64,000 bases of DNA from Lingula anatina. Its lineage: Eukaryota; Animalia; Brachiopoda. Within the stretch, counting starts at the first letter, position 1; each line of letters opens with the position of its first letter. Location of the stretch: NCBI GenBank assembly GCA_051362555.1, contig CM120644.1:628954-692953 (forward strand). Reading direction: 5' to 3'. The notes beneath the pieces are model-generated. The model did not search any database. It saw nothing but the letters and a program-made list of their open reading frames with translations, and was not told the origin of the DNA. The position numbers and the translations under genes are program-made. Positions 47,648-59,957 of this stretch are shown here, piece by piece.

Positions 47648-47800
47648 TGTTGACTCCTTGCTGGGGAGCGGTAGCGGCCTCCTACTGCTGTTAGTAATCA
47701 CGCATTGTCTTCTAACTTGCGGCTTAGTTGACTCCTTGCTGGGAAGGGCTAGCGGCCTCCTACTGCTGTGCGTAACACACATTGTCTTCTAACATGCGGC
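47648..47800. repeat. Direct repeat of about 78 bp, 2 copies
   Basis: GTTGACTCCTTGCTGGG...AGCGGCCTCCTACTGCTGT...ATTGTCTTCTAAC.TGCGGCT occurs twice. Confidence 0.85.
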
Positions 47801-48126
47801 TACACGTCGGTTGCATTGTATTAATAAAGTAATACCTATTCATAAGGAAGGGGGCGGATGGTAATCTGACGAGAATTAAATCAGTTATCGATTAAACGCG
47901 TACCAGCAGTCTTGTTTTTTATTGGCTATACGGTATTTTAAACATTCGCAGAAGTGTTTAAGGGACCGGTCATTATTTAAGTCGCAGAATTATACACGGG
48001 GTGGGGGTGGGGGTGGGGGTGGGGGGGGGTGGAGGAAAAAATGCCTGTGACCCCCCCCCAAAAAAAAAGACACCACCCCTAATAGCATTCAAATTTTTTC
48101 AGGACCCCTTTCATGGTCCCGCCTCA

Positions 48127-48189
<63 letters not shown>

Positions 48190-48479
48190 CTTGACATTTA
48201 ATATGGAATATTTTTTTCGAAATACTTTTTTATCAGTTTTTTCCTATTTTGCTGACTGATAAATGAAAATAAGGATTAATATCGTGTTTTAATAACTTTA
48301 AATTATCTCTTTGATGCCATTGTGACATCAGTTCATTAATGGAATTCGCCAGAGAAGCAAACAAAAACACATTGCCTATTCTATGTCATACGACTCCCAT
48401 TAAAAGAGATATTTTGGATCTCCATATTTTCCAAATTATCGTCTGTTAAATGGCAATACGCTCCACAAAAGACCCTCAT

Positions 48480-49514
48480 GTCAGTTGCTAGTCACAGTAA
48501 TGCTCGTTGTTACGCCTGGCCTCTTCGTGGCTGTTGCCAGCGCTCTCAAGCGGCAAGGCATCTCTTGGGGGTAGGTTTTTAGAGTTCAATCTGGAATAGC
48601 ATTCCAGGCATCGGTCTAAAATTGTCCAATCTGGTCCAGTTTTGTTGTAGGACATGTAGGCAGTTGATTGGTGAATAATGGTCTACCGAAATATTGTCTA
48701 TGTGGTTCAAATGTGGCGATTTTGATGACCAGGGTAGCTGCTCATTCCCTTGGTTCTGTAAGTTATCTGCTATTAAAAGTGCTCTGTGTGAACCATCAAC
48801 CTCATCGTGCAACTTACACTTGTTCCTAAGGTGCCCCCTATCAAATGATAGTCAAGTGGTTCCGAGAGTATTCCTTTATTTGATCTGGTTCAGGTTTTCG
48901 TCGATGACTACCATTGGTGTTTTGGCACCAATGTGGAATCTACTCCAAATATTGACGCTGTCAATCACCCTTGTCACTTTAGACCCGGCATATGCTTCGT
49001 CGTAGGCCTCTTCTGGATATCTGTAAACTCTGTTTTGACTAATTGGGCGGTACAGGTGAAATCTGACCTCAATAAAGAAAGCCAGGCAGTTTCAGTGTTC
49101 TACCCAGAATCGTTCATGGCACCCAATTCATGAGAGAAACAGACGACGATGTTTTGCTGTATACAGTGGGTACCTCGGAGGTCATTTGGTATTCTTACCT
49201 GCTATAACCAGTTTGGTGTTCGCTAAGGGCTTTGAAAAACGCATTTTAGTGGCAATTTACCCCTCGTTCTGAACGGACTTAATGTTTTTTGTTTAGTTGC
49301 AGCAGCGTATCCCGATAGACAGTGGGTCCTGTACCCTGTAGGTAAAAGTTTGATACATTGGGGGTGACCTCTGTGTAGGTACATCAGTCTGGGCATTACT
49401 CTATAAAACTGTGGGGACCGTTCCGTTTGGCGCTATGATCTGTCTGGTTATGCTTGTCTTTTTCGCGCCATTCTGCCTTAGATTAACAACTTTGTAATGC
49501 ACTACTTGACTCAT
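48480..49514 (-). mobile_element. Old, heavily degraded Tc1-like transposase remnant
   Basis: LPWSSKSPHLNHIDNI resembles the Tc1 WPxxSPDLNPIE motif. An RVYRYPEEAY-like segment lies near 49000-49040. Many stops and frameshifts. Confidence 0.5.
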
Positions 49515-49843
49515 TTTACGCACTGCAAAACTGACCGCTTGCATGCAAAATGTCAAATTTTTCTATGCAGTAGTTGTCGAAATATGGATACTTTTTTGAC
49601 AGAACCAAGCCTTGCCTAAGCCAAGCTTTGATCAGCCCGAAGGAACACTACCCAATTAAATCACTGCAAATTACATAATGTAGCAGCGCAATAGGCATGA
49701 AAAACAATTAATTGGTAGTGACACACCTTACTGCACACTTTTACATTCACAAATCTTATATGAGATAGGATGTTTTTGAAAAAAGAACGTATTTTTACCT
49801 AGGCATACCTTCGAAACTGAAATATTCCATATTAAATGTCAAG

Positions 49844-49883
<40 letters not shown>

Positions 49884-49890
<7 letters not shown>

Positions 49891-51274
49891 TGGACAAAAG
49901 AAGTGTCACCCCCTAACTCAGAGTAATAAAAGTAGGCAGATCTTGGGTACTTATAATGCCTGGTCTACTTATAATGTGACTAATGAGTATAAAACCGCTA
50001 TACCATGGAATTGTATTGTTGGTCTTGTACATGTACAGCAAATGTTATTCCTGTCTTCCTCCAATATGGCAAGATACAGGCAATTATCTAACGGTTATAG
50101 GTGCAAGTTATTAACCTGAAGAGGCGGAATATAAGCAATGTCAGAATATCGATACAATTGAATTATTCAGTCAGAACCGTGCAGAGGGTCTGATATCGGT
50201 ATAGAAACACTGGATCAAGAGACAAATTGCCTCTGATGGGTCGTCCAAGAAAAAAATACTGGCCGTGAAGACCGACGACTGATTTTCATGTCCAGGTTGT
50301 CAAAGTTCGACACTGCTTGTCAGTTGACAACACAGTGGAACAATTTCACACATAAGAATGTGTCTGTGAACATTGCTAGGCGTCGGTTACATGCTCAGAG
50401 AGTGTACAGCAGGGTAGCAAGACTGAAACCTCTTATATCGTTACAAAACAGGCAACGTAGAGTAAACTAGGGTCAACAGGATCTGGAACTGGACAGTTCA
50501 TGACAATTGGTCCTATATATTTTTTTTTCTGATGAGTGTCGCTTTGGTATGACCTCTGATGACAGACGGGTACTATGCTGGCAAACTGCTGGTAAAGCAT
50601 TTGAACCACATGCACTTAATTTTCGAACCCGGAGCAGCATATTCGTCATGGTGTGGGGCTGCATCAGCATCCATGGCTTGGGCGAATTGATAGTGGTTAA
50701 TGGAAACATGAATCACTAGAAATATATCGATGTTTTGGAGTCAGGCTTGCTACCATCTATTACTAACATGTTTGGTGACAGGAATTATCCATTTGTTCAC
50801 CAGGATGACAATGCTCCTTGTCACAGGCCCAGAGCAGTTGATGATTGGTTTGACCAACAGGACATTCGCAGGGTGATGTGGCCTGCCCAGAGTCCGGATG
50901 CAAACATAATAGAAAATGTGTGGAATGATTTGTCAAAACTTTTTACAAATGCCCGTCTAACCAGCAGAGAAACTCTGTTATATTCAGTGTTTCATGCTTG
51001 GGCCAGCATCAGCCCTGAACGCATCAGACAATTATATGAAACCTTGCTTCGTAGACTGGCACCTATAATTAGGTCACGTGGCTATGCCACTAAGTACTAA
51101 TTTTGGACTTGAAACTGCATATTTTGGTAGAATGTACATTTTGTTCTCATTTTGTGATTTTTTTGTGAAATTTGATGTTAATAAAATGGTACCAGGAGCA
51201 TATCATTCCGCAGTCATTTATCTCCCCCATAGTATTGGCTCAGTAGGGGTGACACTTCTTTTGTCCAGTGTGTG
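49884..51274 (+). mobile_element. Full-length Tc1/mariner (DD34E) DNA transposon with a pseudogenised transposase (about 50066-51100)
   Basis: Perfect 29-bp TIRs CACACACTGGACAAAAGAAGTGTCACCCC with TA flanks in a (TA)n run. Motifs FSDEC, MVWGCI, QDDNAPCH and WPAQSPDANIIENVW, with 34 residues between D and E. Several stops and frameshifts. Confidence 0.95.
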
Positions 51275-52584
51275 TATATATATATTCAATGTAACTGATT
51301 AAATGAATTATCTAAAATACGGCATAAAATTTATGTTTAAACACTCTACTCATTTGGTGACTTTAATGAAAAATTTCATGTTTCAGTCGAAAACAGAAAA
51401 TCCTGTTACCTATAGCACTATAGATAATTGCTTGGACTTAGACACGAAAAACATTTTTTTTCGAACATTTTCCCCGGGAATAATACGCTACGTTAGTTTC
51501 AGCCATGAGGCAAACCCCCCTCAGTTACAGTTTTTAAACTGTAAAAGTATAAAAAAGACCTGTCAACTATAATTTTCCACATGACTGAATCACTACGCAC
51601 GTATTGGAGCACGATAAAATAAAAATAAACAAAAACTTTCCCTCAGAACATACATTAACGGAACACCGTTTGGTAACATTAATCGGATGATAAGTTTTCC
51701 ATTAAATAACATTTTTACCATGATGATGCCCTATCGCCATAGATCTATCGGTTGTATTAAAAAAGGGAAATCCCCCTGACCTATATTTCAGCCCCACTTA
51801 GCAAAACGTAAACATTGCGGGACGTCAGTGAGAAAAAGAATTATTTTAAAGTCGGTTATAATAAATGCACTGAAAATTTCTCAGACACATTATAGAAAAG
51901 TACACATATATACCAAAAGCCAAGCAATGAGTGGATTTGATAGAAGTTTTCCTGACTAGTACGCCGACATACAGGTGCATGAGTACTAGAGAGTGTAGGG
52001 AATACCCCCCCCCCCCCCTTACTCACCAATCACCAAAAATTAAAACAGCAGATATATTCAGGCCACTCATCAATCACCAAAAATTCCTGAATCACGTTTC
52101 ACGCGGAATATTGGGGCCAAATTAGGCATCACGCTCGAAAAATAAGACATCACGCAGAACGTAAAAAGGTATTCCCTACCCTCTAGACTAGTAGAGGCCG
52201 GCGTAATTTATAATTATATATTAAACTATTTGTTATAGTTTCTTAGTTTTTTTTTCTTTTATTTTCGAGAATTCGCACATTTTCCCCCTGTTTGTATGTT
52301 AAACGTTTGCAAATCTACCACTCACCTGGCTGATTTACTTCGAATCCCAACCTGATTCCAAATCAATAAACGCTCACTTTTGAGTGTGTATTACTATTTA
52401 TTTTTCAAGGTTGTGACGTCACTACCCCTTAGCGGGGACTCTGCTGTGGGACGATGTACGTAGTGTGTTAGGTGAGATTGGGCGATTTACGCATGCACGA
52501 GCAGTAAGGAGGAAATTTTAAATGATCTGTATCTGTATACGTCTAAGGATGCTTTCCCAGACATTTAGATCGATATAGGCTGTA

Positions 52585-52975
52585 TTCCCAGAGCTTTTAG
52601 CGATCTATCCCCGCGGGGAGTCTCACTAGATTACTGTCAGATAATCCGGCTTGTCCCGCCTACTACAAGCTTTAAGGGGGTATTTAACTTTGTGTCCGCC
52701 CGGCTGACAGCTATTTAGCGTGAACCCCCAGGGAGTTAGGTCGATCTTAAGTAGATCTATCTAATCTCTGGAAATGGGGTCCTAGAGATTAAGATTTAGA
52801 TCGACCTAACTCCTTGGGTGTTCACGCTAAATTGCAGTCAGCCGAGCGGGCACCATAGTTAATTACCCCCTTACAGCTTTTAGTAGGCGGGACAGACGCT
52901 TAAGCCGGTCAAGCTGACAGTAATCTAGTGAGACTCTCCACAGGGATAGATCGATCTAAAAATCTATGGAAATGG
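52585..52975. mobile_element. Foldback/palindromic MITE-like element (arms about 165 bp, loop about 45 bp)
   Basis: GGAGTCTCACTAGATTACTGTCAG pairs with CTGACAGTAATCTAGTGAGACTCT, and GGAGTTAGGTCGATCT pairs with AGATCGACCTAACTCC. Related fragments lie at about 33940-34155 and 59820-59900. Confidence 0.75.
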
Positions 52976-53287
52976 GGTCTAAGGAGACCAATAATGGTAT
53001 GAGATAGACGGGTAGAGGAGAGCGCATGGGAAAACTTAGTCACATAGTCATCCTGATCTAAAGCCTTCCACAGTTTCAGCGTTTACTTGTTGATCACTGA
53101 GTCCATTCCAATCGGAAACTGTTCTGACGAAGAAAGAGTTTTTTTCTAACAAGTGTTTTACAACGTTGTGAGCGGAAGCAGCGACTGTTGTTAGAACTTT
53201 TCACAATATTTTCCAAAACAAAGTCAGTGAATGATTTAGCCCTTATGCGACGTTTGTTGTAGACTGGCACGAAGTAGGCTAAGTGTC

Positions 53288-53652
53288 AATTTATATAGAA
53301 CATCAAGATTCATGATCACGACTAAATTTATATAGAACATCAAGATTCATGATCACAACTAAATTTATATAGAACATCAAGATTCATGATCACAACTAAA
53401 TTTATATAGAACATCAAGATTCATGATCACAACTAAATTTATATAGAACATCAAGATTCATGATCACAACTAAATTAATATAGAACATCAAGATTCATGA
53501 TCAAAACTGAATTTATATAGAACATCAAGATTCATGATCAAAACTGAATTTATATAGAACATCAAGATTCATGATCAAAACTGAATTTATATAGAACATC
53601 AAGATTCATGATCAAAACTAAATTTATATAGAACATCAAGATTCATGATCAC
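53288..53652. repeat. 37-bp tandem repeat, about 10 copies
   Basis: Unit AAATTTATATAGAACATCAAGATTCATGATCACAACT, period 37. Confidence 0.95.
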
Positions 53653-54380
53653 AGGCTCATAATCCCAAGAAATTGAAAGAAATTGAAAGAAATTGTACTT
53701 ATTACAAGAAATTATTTAAATCCACCCTGGTTCCTACATGTACTCTTCTGACAGGACAAAAAAGGGGATTTCAGAGAAGCCAGTTGCTAAATGGAAAATG
53801 CCCAAGGTTGTTGTGTTTTGAAATTGGTGAATAATTTTAAAAAGTGTACTGCTGTTAGTGAATGTTTAATACATCGTAGGCATTACGACAAACGTAACTT
53901 ACCCGAGACACACTGACCTCCTTTTTTCATTGATAATTTTTAATTTTTTCCAGCCTGACCATAATTCATGTATTCAATGCAGCCTTCTCCCATATCTATA
54001 ATAGAAGGAAAAAAACTTGAGTAGTGTTTAGATATGCATGTCAAATTCATTATCACTTTTGAGAGAATTTCTGTTTCAACACTGCAAGATGAAATATTTT
54101 CTTTCAAGTAATGAATAAACCTTAATAGAGTTCTATTCTTTCATAAAATGAACTGAAACATCCAAGCTTGCCACCTAACATGCCAAAGTAGTAAAGTATA
54201 ATTACAGTAGAGAAGCAAGTACCCCTTAATTATAGAGGTGTCTTCCATACCTTGACTCAAAGGGAGATGTGTAGTGATATAACAGGTAAAGTAATTGTGC
54301 CTAGGTGAACTTAAAACCTTAAGACTTTAAATTAAGAAGCACCAGGATTCATATGTGTTCTTTTTTCACAGGTTCAATTT
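53620..54380 (+). repeat. Segment of about 760 bp, present inverted at 62615-63390
   Basis: Colinear reverse-complement matches along the whole length, e.g. AAGAAATTGTACTTATTACAAGAAATTATTTAAATCC and AAGCTTGCCACCTAACATGCCAAAGTAGT. Confidence 0.9.
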
Positions 54381-54448
54381 AAAGATTAAACGAGACTTAC
54401 CTGTAAGTTGAAGTTTGATTGGAATTTAACTCTCATCTGGATCATTTT

Positions 54449-55489
54449 ACACCCAAACCCAATATAGAGGTGCAATTGATGTCACAAGCATGTTATTAAA
54501 AATATTTACTGCACAGATTGCTAACTGTGTTTGATTATTTTAGAGTCCCACATGAAGAAGCTTGTATAAAAGTTTCACTCTCCTGGAACCATGAATAATT
54601 AAAAACAATTCATCGTTTAACCCCAAAAAGGAACATACGTTACTGTCACAAATACAAAACGTCCAACAGTGAAACGTTCTACTCACTTTGAAAATACAGT
54701 CATCACTGGTTTTGTTCATTGATCTCCTACAAGTATATCGTTGCTAAAAATTATAATAATCTTCTGTATAGACCAGTTAATTGTTTTTGAGCGACTTAAG
54801 TTTGCTTGTCACAGAATATTAAAAAATGGGGAAAATATACCCTAACTACAGTAAAATAAGAATTAAATAAACATGTTTCCCTTCAAAGATTATATCAGAA
54901 ATGTCAAACTATCATGGAACCACAATATATTTCTTTTAATTCGAATTTTATAATCTTTGTAAAGTCTACTGAACACATGTTGGATTTTAGACTATAAATA
55001 AATATTATCATTATTATTAATATATTGTTCGGTCAGCAAAAGAAAACATTGTATCTCTTGCACACAAGTACTTGAACAAAATGAAACATTTTGACAATTT
55101 TTCTAGGGAACATACGTTACCTAGTATAAGCCATGACGCAAAGCCCCTTGAGATACAGTTTAAATATTTATTAAAACGTCCTTACGTCATGTCTAATTTA
55201 CCATGACTGAACCACTATAAAACATATCGGAACGCGGCATAAAAATGAAAATTAAATGGCAAGAACATACGTTACCGTACGTTTTTTGGAACATAGGCTA
55301 CGTTACCATATAGAGCTCTTTGCGTAATGTTAAAGATATGGTAAAAATTGAATTTCAGTTGAGACAGTCGTGGATTTTTGTTCTATACACATATATGTTT
55401 TGAAATATTGAATTCAATTAGGAATTCATTCATTTTTATTTTTTGACACTTCAGCATGTGAATTGCATCTCTATATTGGGTTTGGGTGT
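54449..55489. mobile_element. Non-autonomous DNA transposon-like element, about 1040 bp
   Basis: 29-bp inverted termini ACACCCAAACCCAATATAGAG(G/A)TGCAATT (54449-54477 and 55461-55489). An internal GAACATACGTTAC motif repeats at about 54631, 55108 and 55263. A related end fragment lies at about 60630-60770. Confidence 0.6.
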
Positions 55490-55771
55490 TATGGATTATA
55501 TGAGAATTGCATGCGCATGCGTAGAGCTCAAACTTGGAAGGTGAGTGTTCATGGCAAAAGAGACAGCATAAACTGGGTGGGAAGGGTGGGCATATACTTC
55601 GCCTTTAATTATTTCATCTTATTAAAATAAAGCTTATACACAGGCTAAAAGTATATAACCATGCAATCTCTCTGCCAGAAATGAAATAAAATGACCGCAC
55701 AGAACACGTGTGATACCCATATTTATACTACCCTCTTAATTTTCCACAGATATTCTCAGATATGTCTCTAC

Positions 55772-55935
55772 GTACGGTGATACTTGGTGAAGGGCTCGCA
55801 GAAAATCTTCAAACACGATGCGACGCAGTCCCTCTGGTTGAGTGTCCAAGTAGGACAAGACGGACAACAGTATAACAGCCATTTTATACTTAGGATTGGT
55901 GATGAAGATAATTTTATAACGTTGTTCTTCCGTCA
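55772..55935 (-). pseudogene. 164-bp exact copy of the internal part of the CARD-like ORF (42950-43113)
   Basis: Base-for-base identical on reading; no ATG or native flanks. Confidence 0.85.
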
Positions 55936-55954
55936 CACCTTACGACCACAAAAC

Positions 55955-55991
<37 letters not shown>

Positions 55992-56009
55992 ATCAAGTGA
56001 CTCGACAAG

Positions 56010-56090
56010 TATAGATAATTCAGTGGTGCAACACTCGCACTGTGAGCGTCCCGGGTTCGGTCCCTGATCGAGTCGGGCATTTCCCCCCTT
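56010..56090 (+). mobile_element. tRNA-derived SINE head remnant
   Basis: A-box-like TAATTCAGTGGT and B-box-like GGTTCGGTCCC; no complete cloverleaf. Confidence 0.4.
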
Positions 56091-58469
56091 ATCATTTCAA
56101 CAACTTTAGTATACATTAATTGACATCTAACTGTGATATTTATCTTGAATTTTAATATAGCGTACGTATTTGTAGCTGGCTTTTAAAGTGCACTACTGAA
56201 AACATTATATACCATCAGTACTTACATGTACGATACAATGTTCCTAGTTTATATCGTTAACACTAACAAGATAATGATTAAAGAAACAAATATTCGAAAA
56301 CCTCACGAAAATATATATCATCTTGTATAACCTGAGGCTAGAATGGCTGGACTTGGTTTAGAGACTGAGATAATATGCATGAATTAGTTATCTGACCATT
56401 TCAATTGCCGTTTCTCACAAATCCCACACTCTTCAGTGACTGATTTGCTATTTTCATACCTTCACACCAGGTGCCATACTAATAAATGTTTCATGACCGT
56501 CATTTCCCGCTCGTTTCCTAGTTTTGACAGTTTAGGTTCTTTTCGCTCTTATAAAATGATTATAGAATGCATTTTAAAAGACTTGCCAGAACGATATATT
56601 ACATTGTGCACAGCAAAGGAATGTTGACATATTATTTATTCCACACAGTATTCACTGATTTTACATGCCAGCACCAAAATAGCGTCAGACAAAACTCCAA
56701 TGTAAACACGATTTTTTGAATGGAGACAAATGCAGCTGAATAGGCATTTTATTTTTCTGTTCAAATTTTTAGATAGCTGAACGATCATTTTTACACATAT
56801 GAAAATTTTGGAATCCGGAGAAACCTCTGTCTTATAGATTTTGAGCATTTCCAACAAGGTATACGCTCAAAACAGATCATTGGGTCAAGTGGTAGCAGCC
56901 TCGTTGGTGTCGTAATTATCGTTTTTGTTTGACAAGGATTTTAAAAATCCAGAAAAAAAGTAAATTTGAGTTGACAATGTGCAGATACTTGCTCTATATT
57001 TACAAACATCGTTGTTAAAGATGGATTTCCATAATTGCTTTCACACATATTAGATTTCAAACTCACTTTTTCACACAAAAAATATGATATTAAAATGAGA
57101 TAATCATCATTTTAGGAAAAAACAATGAGTGGGAAGAGAGGAATAAATCCAAGGATCTACGAAGTGCCATAAAACCTTAATGCCAGGTTGAAGAAACCTT
57201 TTATTTGACTCTACCTTCAGAGAACTGCCCTGTGGAACTTCTTACAAGTGGCGGTGTAAGTTTTTACTTGGGGAATATTTTGTTGAGAATTTCTTACCCA
57301 AATAGTTGGATGATTTCAAACAAAGGATAATGTGCAGTGTAATAAAATAAACCATCGTCAGCACCTGCGTTTTATCAGTATTATACACTCCTATCCCTTC
57401 CAAAGTACTGGTATAGCAGGTTATATTATCAATGTACTTGTAGGTCTTACTCTGTTAACTTTAGATTCCACGATGGCATTTACAGTCTCAGAAAGTTGCA
57501 CCGAATGAAATGTTTGAAATACAGAAAACGGGCCTTTCTTGCTTATGCACTGTATTTATATATATTTCAAGCAGACGTAATGTCCCAGCCAGTTGATCCA
57601 GTTATCATCATATGGAGAAAAAGAACTGTGTCATCACAGCATGAGGAAAACGAGTCTCATTTCCCATTGCCTTGAGGCCTAGCTATTTCTCACCTAACAC
57701 AATGGGTTAATTCTCACCAGAGAACAGAAGACAGGGACTCCGGACAGCTTGATATAGGATACACTACTTTGAAGATATACTATTTACATATTGAATTTTT
57801 TCCGATGTGATAAATATGATTATTTGATTTATCTGCTTACTGTTTCTTCTGCTCACTATGACAGACTTTGTGATGTACCTTATCATTCACTGAGCTGTGA
57901 GATTTTGTCTTTTTAGTAGTAAATTAATCTAAAACCAGGTTTTAAATAGAGACATTTTACACAATAAGGAAAAAAAAAATGAAATATCATTTGTTTCCAT
58001 AAGTAGTATAAACCTACACTGTGTCATGTTCGTCATTGGATTTTAATGTGAAAGACAAACTGTTTACTGGTATATAAGCAGAGATTATAGTTATATTTGC
58101 TAGATACTCCATAATGAGAAATGTAAAGTTCACTTGTTCATTCCTTATAAAATTCATAACAAATGTGATGTTGAGGTCTGGTGACATACTTAAGTCGTTC
58201 TCCCACCCCAGCAAAATTCAAGTTCTACCAGTATTATTTTCAGTGTTAAAGCTGGCATCAAATTTGTACTAAAAAGCACCTTATACGTCTCTAGTGGTAT
58301 CTTAAACATATGTTGATATCTTAAACATATAATGATATCTTAAACATACAGTGATATCTTAAACATATAGAGTAATATTGTTTGTGCAAGCGGGATAGAT
58401 GCAATAAAGTTTGACATAAAATACTGTTATTTTTGTTCTAACATGAGCCTTATACAGTTCTCTTGGCAC

Positions 58470-58890
58470 CCGACCCGGTACCCCCCCCCCCCCCCGGCAC
58501 ACCCCACCCCTTTGTATACCCCACTCCCCTGGTATACCCCCACCTCCAGGTAAACCACCACCCCCTGGTACACACCCCTTGGTATACCCCCACCCCGGCA
58601 CACCCTGTGGTATACCCCCAACCACTAGTACACCCACCCCCCTGGTATGCGCAACCACTGGTACACCCATCCACTGGTATACCCCCACTCCCCTGGTACC
58701 CCCCCGGCACACCCCTTTTTATACCCCACTCCCCTGGTATACCCCCACTCCCCTGGTAACCCCCCACCACACCCCTTTTTTATACTCCACTCCCCTGGTA
58801 TACCCCCAATCCCCTGGAAACACCCCCCGGCACACCCCTTTTTATACCCTACTCCCCTGGTATACCCCCACTCCCCTGGTAACCCCTCTC
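58470..58890. repeat. C-rich minisatellite (ATACCCC(C)ACTCCCCTGGTA variants)
   Basis: More than 15 CCCCTGGTA-type subunits; accounts for the Pro/Gly-rich ORFs in six frames. Confidence 0.9.
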
Positions 58891-59957
58891 GGCAGAGGGG
58901 CCGAACATGGCGCATGGTCAAGGGTCACAATACTTATATCAGTATGAGTTCAACCTTGTTATTTAATTAGTTTATATATGTGTAGTTCTCCCTTCCTCGT
59001 AAATTCATATTGTGTAACTTATGATTGTAGCCATATGTTTCACGGTTTGCGTCTATGGTAAATCTATATTCAAACCAAGGAGTTATAACAGATTATAACT
59101 CCTTGTTCAAACTTAGTTAAATATCAACTAGAGACTCGTAATGCACCAATTGTATTGTTTTTTATTATATTACATTGTACAAGGTCATGATTATTTATGT
59201 ACCAGTACAGAAATAAATTGAAATTGAATATAATAGTGTGTCAACAATGAAGACCCCATTTTTTTGTTTTGTTTTATTGGGCAACTACAACTTTAAATAG
59301 AATATCGCAACAATGAAGACCGCGTTTCTTTTGTTTTATTGGTAAACTACGACTTACAATGGAGTGTGTCAACAATGAAGCTTACTCAATTTTTGACCCC
59401 CTTATAGCTTACAACAGATTATTTCAACAATGAAGTAGACTCTAACTGTGTCAAAAATTCTTAGAGATTAAACTTCAGCGCCATGTCTATTTATGAATGA
59501 GAGAGGTCGGGCTTACATGTTGGGCTACCACGGTTGACAGTAGAGTGCGATAATATCAGCGCCTTGACTATTTATGAATGAGAGAGAGGTATAATAACCA
59601 AATACTTTAAGTGATATTGTGTGGTTTACAAACACAGTCAATATGCTAGATTGACCTAATCTTTTACTGACACGAATGCTGTAGTTGCGTGAACAAAGAG
59701 CCGTCAGCTAGTATACTGTTGATTTGACTATAATGGATGGCAATATTTGTTTATTGACAAAGTAGTTTTATTTACAGAGGGGTGTACAATCACATCAATG
59801 GAATATATGTTACGCCTTTAGGGAATATTCCCACAGATAATGGGATCTATCTATCTCCCTGGGGAGTCTCACTAAATTGCTATCAAACTGACCGGCTTAA
59901 ACAGTTCTACTTATTTTTTGTCCAGGAATATTTTTGCATCATGTAGCTCCTACAGAG

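Noticed and set aside
53288-53652. 37-bp repeat of CRISPR-like length
   Set aside because: Head-to-tail tandem copies with no spacers.
56010-56090. tRNA gene
   Set aside because: A and B box-like motifs only; no acceptor stem or full cloverleaf.
58359-58970. Pro-, Gly- and Tyr-rich ORFs resembling structural or shell proteins
   Set aside because: A low-complexity minisatellite open in most frames on both strands, with no signal peptide or splice evidence.
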